Source of the DNA: Rhizaria sp. SCN 62-66
Taxonomy: Eukaryota
DNA: 64,000 nucleotides
Assembly (NCBI GenBank): GCA_001724265.1
Contig: MEDY01000082.1
Span: forward strand, 1-64,000
Reading direction: 5' to 3'
Shown here: piece by piece, positions 35,738 through 45,358 of the stretch
Layout of the letters: every line of letters begins with the position of its first letter
Numbering within the stretch: the first letter of the stretch is position 1
Notes under the pieces: model-generated
The model's database searches: none
What the model was told of the DNA's origin: nothing
The model's input: the letters and a program-made list of their open reading frames with translations, nothing else
Translations under genes and position numbers: made by a program

Positions 35738-38700
35738 TTAACACTTGTTGGCGCGCGGCTTGGGGTCGAACTCGGTTGTGAGGGGCGCGCGCGTCCATTC
35801 AGAGACGCGGCCGCCTTCTTCTTCCTTGAGGGGGCAGTCCTCGTACGTCATCTGCTCCAGCTGCTTGACGAAAGCCGCCGACTGAAGCGAGGGGCGGAAG
35901 CGGTCCTTGTAGACGGCGTAGCGCTGACGCAGGATGTCCGTGTTGAGACTGGGGCCGGGGAAGTAGAACGGCATGATGCGGAGATACGCCGCAGTGTCGA
36001 CCACGTCCTGAGTCACGAAAATAACCTTGTCAATCGTCCGGCGGTTGCTGATCACATCGAGCCAGCGCCGCGCCGTCAGCGTCGCCACGTGAACGGCGTT
36101 GTAGGCAGGATAGTTCTTGCTGGCAATCGTGAGCGGCGGGATTGCGATCGTGTGCATCTGTATAGTTGATCAAAAAGCATAGCAAAGGTCCGACGAATAG
36201 AATCAAGTGAGGATTTGAAGATATAGATTAACTCAAATTACATTAATATAATTTAAAAGGGAAACTGTTTCAGAAAAGTTTGCTTAGTTTTGACGCGATT
36301 TGTTCAAGTGTGAGATATTTTGCGTACCTTATGCTTCTTGGCAAGGTCGAGCGCGCCCGTGATGCACTTCTCCATCGCGTCCTGGTCGAACGCATCTGGC
36401 ACCATTACGTGGATGACGTACTTGGCCGGCAAGTCGTAGCCGAGCGTAATCTTGCACTCTCCGACCCGCCACTTGCGGGCCGTGGCGTCCAGCTCCTGCG
36501 ACAGGCGCCCGCCCGCCGCCGCCGTGAGGGCTTTGTTGACGGAGTTCGAGAGTACCTTGTACTCGGAGACGGGGTTGACCACCGCGTCAACCTCGAGCGT
36601 GGTGAGATCGCCCTCGAACCACGAGACCAGCTTGTTGATCTCGGTGTTGGCTTCGCACGGCATGTCCTCGGGGACGAGCGGGATGTCGCGGTCACGGGCG
36701 TCCTGCCAGAGCAGCTTTAGCGCGGCGTCGCGCTTCTCTTCGTCCTTCATCAGACGCTCAGCGCTGCTCTGGCTGTTGTCCGCGGCCGCGAACTCGGTCG
36801 CTTCGTTCTCAGCCTCTTGCAGTAACACCTCGGCAAGGTCGTCGTCGTTTAGCTCCCACTTGCTGTGACCGTCACTGTCATCGCTCTTATGAGCGCTGTT
36901 GCTGTCAGCGCTGCTGCTGCTGGGGCTGTTGTTGTTGACGTGGGCGTGAGCGTTGTCGATGAGCGACTTGGCAAGGGCCGTCGTGTTGGTCGAGTTAGCG
37001 TTGTTAGAGAGAGTGGACGAGTGAGGCGACAGCATTGTGGTGTTCGTGCCGTGGGCGTTAGCGTTGGTGTTGCCGTTGTAGCCGAGAAGGCTGCTGGAGT
37101 CGACCGTGGTCACCGTGTTGTTGTTGCTGTGGCTGTTAATGTGAGTGTGTGCGCTCGTGTTGAGGATAGCGCCGTCGTAGATTTGCCCGTGGCCCCACAC
37201 AGCGCGCGCGGCAGCCACAGCGGTGTCGCCGCACTCGCTGCCACCGCTGCCCAGGTTGACACCGCCGCTGATGCCGTCGCCGCGCTCGCGCTCGCAGTCG
37301 CTGTCGCAGTCGTCGTCGTCCTGCTCGCGGCCGCAGTCGCTCTCGTCGTCGTCGTCGTCGTTGTCGTCGTCGCACTTGGCCTTGTTGCTGTGGCCGTGCG
37401 AGCCGCCCTTACTCGTCTTGACGGTCGCACCCTTAGACTTGCTGTGCGACTTAGACGCCTTGGAAGCGGCGGCAGCACTCTTATCAGTCTTCTTGCTGCT
37501 GCCGTGGCCCTTGGACTTGTGGCTGCGGCCGTTGTTGCTATGAGCAATGTTGCTGACAGTGACGTGGCCCTCAACACTCACAACGCAGTCACCGCTTGCA
37601 ATGACAGCAGCAGCAGCGCTGGCGCTAACGTCACTGCAAGCCTTGTGAGCGTTGCTGCTGTGCGGGTGCGCGTCAGAGGTGTCGACTGTGCTCGCGTTTG
37701 TGTTAGCACTGTTGTTGTTAGCAGCAATAGCGGCAGCAGCAGCGGCAGCGGCGGAAGAAGGCGACATGGCAAACGCAGTACGGCGCGCTGCCTGGCGCTT
37801 CTTGCGCGCACTTACCCGATCTAAGTACCTAGCGTCCCACGCCGCGAGCTGCTGATAGTCGTAGTAATCCTTCGCGAATCCGGGATCCCAGAAGCATTTG
37901 GTGAGGTGGTGCAGCAGTGCACGGTCAGACGGCAGCTTGTGCTTGTTATTGGTTAGGATTTCGCCCATCTCGGCCTTAAAGTCCTTGACAGCGCGCGCGC
38001 GGCGGTCGAGCTCGGACGCGTACATCGCCTCGGCCTCGGCCAAGTTGAAGTTCGATCGGCGGAGGTACGTGCGCACTGCGGTGGGATCGTAGTCCTCAAC
38101 TTGGTCCGGGTGAAAGCGGCGCAGAATGCGCGGACGCAGCTCTAGGTAGGCCTTGTCGGCGGCGAGAGAGAAAGACACGGCTGTCTCGACCTTCCACGAC
38201 GCGTCGCGCAGAAGGCGGTACGCGTCGTTGTAGCTGAGGGTCTTGGCGCCGTTGGTGCGGCGCCAGACGGTAGCGAGAACGGCGTTGAGCTTGTCGTAGA
38301 CCTCGAGGGCTTGCTCGATTGTGCGGTCGTCGTAGTGGATCATCGCGTTCTAAGCGGAAGCAAAGATGCAGGGAAAGCAAGAGTGAAGCGAGAGAGCGAG
38401 AAAGCAAACATAAATGTGCGAGATGTGAGTGTAGACTATATTTCAATTTGTAACTACCCAATTATGTTTAGGAAATATAAAGCACTTATAATTGGTTTTT
38501 TTCGCGGGCCTGCGACTTGAAGTCGCGACTTCAAGTGACTGTAGGACCTGTGTGTGAACGTACGAGTTGGTTCTCTTTGGGGTAGCCGATTGTGGGTGCA
38601 TCGGTGCGCGGGAGCTTGGCGATATGCGCCTTGAGCGCGCTGCGCCATGCCTTGAGCTTGTCCTCCTCCTTCATCTCCATCAGGAGGTACTTGGCAGCGG

Positions 38701-39525
38701 CGTGGACATCATACCGGGCGAGACCCAGCACCGCCCCAATGCGCGCGTCGTTGATCTCCCCGGCCTCCGTAGTCACGCGCGTTGCGTAGGACTCAAACTC
38801 GCCGCCAGGCACGGTTAGCACAGAAAGGCGGGAGCGTACGGAGTGAATCAGGGTCAGCTTGTGGGCACGCTGGAGCTCGTACTGGCGCTCGGCGATCTTC
38901 TCCTGCGCGTTTTGAGTGAAGTCGCCATGTCGCAGAAACGTGAAAGTGACAAAGTGTAAGTGAATTAAAAAATTAGATGATTTCAAAAGAAAAACTTGAA
39001 TAATTTATATACAGCAATGACAGAGCCTTACACGGAAATAGGTTGCCACGGCTTGGTGTTCTTAAACGAAAGTACGTACCTCGCGCAGCTGCTGCTCGAT
39101 GGTTGGCAGAGTGAGGTAGATGGCAGCATTGACCTGGATGTCCCAGGGCTTGAAGGCCGTGGCAAGAATGTACTTCTTGCCACACTTGTAACTGTGATAG
39201 AGGCGGACGAGAACAACGAGAAAGAATAAAGCAAAGGAGAGAGACAGGGAGGGAATGAAAGGGAGTTAAAGGGTGGTCAGGGGCTGGGTCAACACTTCAA
39301 GTTGATACATAAAGAAGTAAACATCACTTCCAGAGCAAAAAAAAAAATTACAATTTTTAGAAATATTAGTCGAATAAGTTTGTGTTGATAGACGTACCGG
39401 TGACGCTTGCTGTCACGGGAGGCGTATTTCTCCTTCTCCCAGATCGCCGCCACGTCGTCCTCTGTGAGGGTGTTGAAGCAGTCGTACCGCGTGTCGCGGA
39501 ACAGAGAAACCGCAACGTTCCCCAT
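35738..39525 (-). CDS. UBA-like-repeat protein with C-terminal GDAP2-type macro domain (~1006 aa); exons 39525-39398, 39191-39080, 38902-38564, 38349-36328, 36157-35738
   Basis: Four GTACG..AG introns join GC-rich exons with consistent phase. Macro motifs WFEGDLTTLEVDAVVN, ALTAAAG, GECKITLGYDLPAKYVIH, NYP...HVA..TARRWL, IDKVIFV, MPFYFP. Stop TAA. The start ATG is less certain. Confidence 0.82.
36158..36327 (-). other. Spliceosomal intron (170 nt)
   Basis: GTACGC donor, CAG acceptor, AT-rich; splits the macro domain at phase 0. Confidence 0.9.
38350..38563 (-). other. Spliceosomal intron (214 nt)
   Basis: GTACGT donor, ...ttccgcttAG acceptor, phase 0. Confidence 0.82.
38903..39079 (-). other. 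Spliceosomal intron (177 nt)
   Basis: GTACGT donor, CAG acceptor, phase 0. Confidence 0.78.
39192..39397 (-). other. Spliceosomal intron (206 nt)
   Basis: GTACGT donor, long pyrimidine tract, CAG acceptor, phase 2. Confidence 0.78.
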
Positions 39526-40972
39526 GCTAAATGCAGCAAAGCCAAACAACATGGTGTAATAAAGACGTTGAGTAAGTAAAAAGTTTCAAGGCGGAGCGCA
39601 AGAATGGAGGTAGCACGAACAGAAGGAGAACGAACGGCAACAAAGTCTGACTTGAACATGTTCAAACGCGCTTGCAAAATAGACCACATTTCAGTTTGAG
39701 AAGAGTAGTATAATTTACGCAATAAATGTTAAAGGCACAGAAGCTTATGATAACAAGTCGGATATCGAGTTTAAGTTTATGATCACGGAGATAGTTCTTG
39801 TGCAATGTCGGGCGTTGTTGCTGACCCGCATCACCCTCCTGAGGGTCTGACACCGAGCTCACAGTCACGACTGTGAGCAGAAAGAAGAACATACATATAT
39901 TTGCGTACCGTGTTTTTGCGTTGAATTTGCCCGCTTTTAATTACAGTTTTTGTCGACAGTGTTTTTGTTGAGCTCTTGCTTTTTCAGAGACGTTTGCAAG
40001 CATGTTGGTGCGCTGAATGCTACAAGGTTTATTCAAGTTAAAAAAAATAGCACGAGGCGGCGTTGAGCACATTAAAAGGAAAAATTCCATTAATAACATA
40101 TCAATTCCTGTTGTCAAAAAATATCAACAAATCTCAGCTTTTAGCGAATATGCTCCACATGTACCAAGTACAGTCCTTTTCAACGTCATCGTGACCGACG
40201 TCCGACTTCGAACGATATTATTATTGGCTTAAGTCAATAGAAAAAGAAGATATACGTTAGAAATATTCACAATACCTTATAATACGCACAGTGAAACACA
40301 ATACTAGTATGAATTTGGATATTATTGCATATCTCTATGTGTAAATATGTGCTGAGTAGAGCACGTCCGTACTTACTATTTGCTAGGTAGTTTACTTAAT
40401 CGAAGACATGCGGGACGCATCTGGGGTTAGAGAGAACAAGGACTACACATCTTGACAGCTTCTTCTCACTTTCAATCCCAGCCGCTCCACAGAATCCCCA
40501 GTACGATCGCGGCCTTCGTGGCTAATCTCGCCTTGGTCTTGTTCTTCTCACCACAAACGCGTTCACGAGTTATAACGCATTCATATATGGTCAGGATCAG
40601 TGCCAATCTTGACAAAAATAATATATCCAAAATAAACGCTGTCTTTATAATCAAATTTTACAAAGTTTTCTGATTTGGCTTTTAGACACATGATATTCGT
40701 TGCAAAATAATTTTAGCCACGAACGGGATTGATGACTCAGGGGCGCAACTATTATTGGGTCAGCGACTGAGCACTTTTGAAGCAAGCATTTCCATACGAG
40801 AAACCTAGTGAAGCTGCATTTACATAATATTTTCAAATGTATACAAGCACATTATACATTTTATATATTTTTTGTGTGAAAACGCTAACACGAGTCGTGA
40901 ATCATATCGTTTTGTAACATCCGCTCACAAACAGGTTTTTCGACTGAGAACGACTCACTCAAATCGTCAACA

Positions 40973-43900
40973 ATGGACGTTTCCGCAGCCGCCAAGGCTC
41001 TCCAAGCCGATGTCTTGCGCCTCGTAACTCCACACATTAATCCCGAGACGCGCGAGTTTATCGCCAACCTGCGTCGCGCTGCGCGCGCGGTTGAGCTCGT
41101 GCCAGCCGATGTCATCGCCACCGCGCCCAGCGTGCTTGCGCTGCCGCTTGCGCCATCTCTCAGGGACCTCTCTTCGTCCAACGCCACTCTGCGCAGGGCT
41201 AACCTGGCGCGTTTGGCGGCGTATGCGAGCATCTCTGTGCACTTGCACGAGTACATTGACGACAGCTGCTGCCGTCACTACGGGCCAGATAACGACGAGG
41301 GCTGGACCGAGAAAGACGTTGACGGCCAAGGGGAGTTCGCGTCCCTATTCAAGTTGCCCTCTGATAAAAAGAAGGACGACACAGCCACCAGTGATGATAA
41401 GCCCAAAGCTGACGCTGCAGCGGAGGTTGCTTTGGACGACAGCGACGACGATTCCAAGAAGAAGGCGGACGACATTGACAACAACACCGAGGACGCCAAT
41501 GCGAAGGACGGCGAGTCAGGCGACGCCAACATCCCGGATCTCACCACAGACCTTGCATCAACACTCAAGCTTCGTGCCAACGCTGCCTTAGAGGATGGTA
41601 ACGTCACGGCTTACTCGCAGCTGATGTTCCGCCACTGCTTCACCACATGCTTCGAGCTCTATTTTCCCAATAACAGCAACGAACACACTGCCGCTGCTGG
41701 TCGCGGTGATTTATGCACCTGCGGTCTTAACTTCTGCGGCTCATCGTCGTCCTCTTCTTCGTCCGCAGCTCCGCGCCAGACCCTGTCTTCAGTGCTGCTG
41801 CCGCTGCTGTACAGCCCGTCGCGCACCGACGCCGCGCTGGCCGCGATTGCGCTGCACGGGGTCCTGCGCGCCGCGCCCACGCTCGACGCGCGCGCGGGGC
41901 TGGCCAACGGCGTTGCGCAGGAGCTGCTCAACGTGCTGGTCGCGGTTTCCGTGGCGGCGAACCCAATCCTGGTCGACCACGCCGCGCGCGCGCTGCGGTA
42001 CAGCCTCGAGAGCAGCACGTTTGCACATCTCACCATCTTCGCGTGGCAGAGTCCTGTGCAGCTCATGTTCGACATGATGTTGGAAGAGAACTGCACCCAG
42101 GGCGGGTTTGAGACTACGTACGTAGCGCCAGAGGGCGGGTACTACAAGGGCGCAGAGGACACTGGCGACGGCGCACGGTGGCGGTCACCGCGTGATGAGA
42201 AAATCCCGCTGTATCCGAGCTCGTTCGACAACTGCTTTGAGATCAAGCTTCTCGGGTGCATTAAGACTGCACTCACGACGATTCCGAGCTTTAGCGGCAC
42301 TGGCGGCGGCCGCGACAACGCGTCCGGCTCGTTCGCATCTTCTTCCGACACGTTTGCGTTCGACCTGTTCAGCAAGGCTGTCGGATCCTTGCTCAGCGTG
42401 GTGACGGAGTCGATTGAGTGCATTAGCTCGACCATTGAAATCATGCCCCTTTTGCTTGAGCAGGCCGCTATCAGTTCGCACTACGCCATGACGCGCTGTG
42501 CTGCGTTGTTTCTCGAGATCGCACCGCTGATTCCGCGTCTTTTCTACGCCCTCGTTGGCCCGGATGTGTACGCCTATGGGTCTGCGAAGGACGATGCGAA
42601 CTCCGCCGCAAGCGAGAGTAACAGTACCGCTGGTAAGAGCGCCGGCGCTGTGGCTCTGAGCAAAGAGAAGGCAACCGAGCGTCTGCGCCGCGTGACGAAG
42701 CTTATTCGCCAGCCGATGCGCGTTCTGAACAGCTATGCGCTCCACCTTGGCATGAGCATGCCCTACGAGACGCCCTACCATAATGACAGTCTCGCGCACG
42801 GTACACGGGACAACCGCGCGCCATGGACTGTGTTCCCGGACATGGAGCCCGCGTGGAGCGCGCGCGTCCAAGCCGCCGTGGCCGCGGTCAAGCGCGGGCT
42901 GCCGCGCGCGATCGCCGCGCAGCTGGTCGCGGTGCAGCGCGAGGCAACGCAGACGCTTGCGGACCACGAGGCCGCCGTCGCAGCGTATAACGAGCTCACG
43001 GTAAAACAGGTGCAGGCGCCGGCTGCGCAAAGCGACGATAATAACAACGGCGACAATGATCGCGAGACCGTGGGTGAGAAGGCTGCGATTTCTGGCGGCG
43101 ACAATGTCAAGGATGATGACGGTTTCTATCCGGTTGACGGTGATGGTGGTGACAATGCCAAGGATGATGACGATCTCTATCCAGCTGACGGTGATGAGGA
43201 TTATAATGATGGCGAACACTTTGGCAACAACAAAGATAACGACTTCTCCAGCGTCACCATCGCGCCTGATAAGGTCTCTGATGCCTACATCTTATCCATG
43301 ACAACTGACGCGACGAAAGAGGCCGCCGCGCCCCCAGCGAGCCCGCTGGTGCAACTCCTCTTTGAGACGGTGGGCGCCCTACTTGTCTCGTTCCTACCCA
43401 TCGCAGAACTTCTGCCGCGCACTGAGTATGGCTTCTTTGTCTACTATTACGTTCTCGGCGCTGCGATGGGACAAGCCTTCAAGGTCTCCACCTTGGATGG
43501 CGCAGACTGCTTTTTCACGCGCCGCGCCGCCGTGACGCGCGGCGCGCTGGCGCTGGTAACGCGCCTCGCGTCGCCTCAAATGCTGCACATGGGCACGACA
43601 GTTACGGCCAAGGCGTTGACTTTCGTGGACGCTATTGCGGCCAGCGGCGCTCTGTACCCGGCATTGCACGGCCTGCTTAAGGACGGCGACGCGCGCGCGC
43701 TGCGGGCGTGGACGCAGGGGGGCGGGCTGATGCACAAGGGACAGATGCGCACTACTGGAGCCTACTATCCTCCCACCAACGATGAAGAGGCGAGCGAAGG
43801 AACGGACGGGACAGAGGCGATGCTTGTCTCACTGCTCTCGTGTGAAAAGCTTCCAGCTAGCGCTAAGCAGAAGGAGAGTGGCAACATCAACAACAACGAC

Positions 43901-44356
43901 GGTGGCGGCGTGACCGGCGACGATCCGCCGCCGCATCCGACTGAGCTGCTGCGAACTCACGTGATTTGTCTCGTAAGGCGCGCAATCATGCACGACTTCT
44001 CGCCCAGCGCCGTGCCCGGGCTCGAGGCCTTGCCGCGGTTTGTGCGTTGCGGGCTCCTTAACGCGCTCGCTAACACGATGCCGACCATGCCCCCGCGCTT
44101 GCGGCGGGCGACAGCGGCGCTCGTGCCCAAAATCGCCGCGGGGATGCTTCTCTGGGACATGTACATCGATGAATTGACGCCCTACCAGTGGAAGTGGATG
44201 AAGCGGTACGTGGGTGACCCGCTGCTGGCGATGTGCAACGATGGGGACTTCAAGGCCCTTCTTAAGAAGCGGTGGACAAGTACATGGTCGAAAGCACGCC
44301 TCGAACTGGATATGTTCCTTTGTTCCTTTGTCAAAGTCGCTGAGATGATGAACTGA
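40973..44356 (+). CDS. Hypothetical protein, 1127 aa, probably helical-repeat (ARM/HEAT-like) with acidic loops
   Basis: ATG-to-TGA ORF with GC-rich third positions, bounded by AT-rich spacers; amphipathic helical pattern; no family motif recognised. Confidence 0.8.
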   Translation: MDVSAAAKALQADVLRLVTPHINPETREFIANLRRAARAVELVPADVIATAPSVLALPLAPSLRDLSSSNATLRRANLARLAAYASISVHLHEYIDDSCCRHYGPDNDEGWTEKDVDGQGEFASLFKLPSDKKKDDTATSDDKPKADAAAEVALDDSDDDSKKKADDIDNNTEDANAKDGESGDANIPDLTTDLASTLKLRANAALEDGNVTAYSQLMFRHCFTTCFELYFPNNSNEHTAAAGRGDLCTCGLNFCGSSSSSSSSAAPRQTLSSVLLPLLYSPSRTDAALAAIALHGVLRAAPTLDARAGLANGVAQELLNVLVAVSVAANPILVDHAARALRYSLESSTFAHLTIFAWQSPVQLMFDMMLEENCTQGGFETTYVAPEGGYYKGAEDTGDGARWRSPRDEKIPLYPSSFDNCFEIKLLGCIKTALTTIPSFSGTGGGRDNASGSFASSSDTFAFDLFSKAVGSLLSVVTESIECISSTIEIMPLLLEQAAISSHYAMTRCAALFLEIAPLIPRLFYALVGPDVYAYGSAKDDANSAASESNSTAGKSAGAVALSKEKATERLRRVTKLIRQPMRVLNSYALHLGMSMPYETPYHNDSLAHGTRDNRAPWTVFPDMEPAWSARVQAAVAAVKRGLPRAIAAQLVAVQREATQTLADHEAAVAAYNELTVKQVQAPAAQSDDNNNGDNDRETVGEKAAISGGDNVKDDDGFYPVDGDGGDNAKDDDDLYPADGDEDYNDGEHFGNNKDNDFSSVTIAPDKVSDAYILSMTTDATKEAAAPPASPLVQLLFETVGALLVSFLPIAELLPRTEYGFFVYYYVLGAAMGQAFKVSTLDGADCFFTRRAAVTRGALALVTRLASPQMLHMGTTVTAKALTFVDAIAASGALYPALHGLLKDGDARALRAWTQGGGLMHKGQMRTTGAYYPPTNDEEASEGTDGTEAMLVSLLSCEKLPASAKQKESGNINNNDGGGVTGDDPPPHPTELLRTHVICLVRRAIMHDFSPSAVPGLEALPRFVRCGLLNALANTMPTMPPRLRRATAALVPKIAAGMLLWDMYIDELTPYQWKWMKRYVGDPLLAMCNDGDFKALLKKRWTSTWSKARLELDMFLCSFVKVAEMMN
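43094..43195 (+). repeat. Imperfect 51-bp tandem duplication (2 copies) in coding sequence
   Basis: GGDNVKDDDGFYPVDGD / GGDNAKDDDDLYPADGD; copies start at 43094 and 43145. Confidence 0.85.
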
Positions 44357-45358
44357 ACTGGCTTGTGCGCCATTTATCGTTTAGGTATTGTTATTATTCT
44401 TTTTCACGCTCAACATCGCATGCTATGTATAGACTGAATGTTTAACGGTGATGTGTGTGTCACTTGAAGCGGGGACTTATTACGTTGCCACACGTACATA
44501 CATAGTCTTGCACTCCATCAAACAAGTATTATGCATAATTTCGTGTTTTTCTGACTAAATATGAGTATTTATTGTTTGTCTGTACTTAATTAAACTGTTG
44601 TATTCAAATCTGTGATCCCGTTATGCACACGTTGTGGAAAGCACATGCTATTTTCAAGCCATATCTCGACTAAATGAGAAGCTTCAAGAATAAAGATACT
44701 TTTTTTCGTGATATTCAATAGCTATATAAGTTATACTAAGTGATTGTTGCAAGCAGCAATCGTTTTAACACTACGTGCTGAATTTTATGCTGTGTTGCGA
44801 TGTGTTTCTTGCGGCTGCTCGTCGCGGCTTTGTGGTGGCCAAGCCACTCTCGGTGCCTCGGAAGGACGCAGAGACCTGACTGAACCAGAGAAGCACTGGA
44901 CGTGTATTTGTTTTCGCAATGTATAATATAAATATTATATGTTGTTGTGATGTCAAAGAATATAGATTTTAGTATTTTTGTGATTAACGGTCATGGCTTG
45001 GAGATAACCATACTTTTGTGGGTGCACGACAACAAATCGCTCAGGTCCTCTTACCTTCTCGGACATCGTCCTGCAAGCTAGCTATTCCCCTTCATACTCA
45101 CACCGCCTCACACTATGTTCTATTTAATGATATATTATACCCTGTTCCAGCGGATAAACCGCGTTATCCGTGGTTTATCTCCTCCAGCACCACACTTTAT
45201 CAACAGCAGCCCAGCAGGGTCCCCCCTCTGCTTCGCCCGTTATCCCTTCGCTGTAACCAAGCGGGTCTCTTACTTCTGCCGCTGCCCAGCAGCCACCGCG
45301 CTCCCCCGCTTGCGCGCTATCCTCACAGGAAGCGGCCCTGGGACTGCGTGCGGCTACA

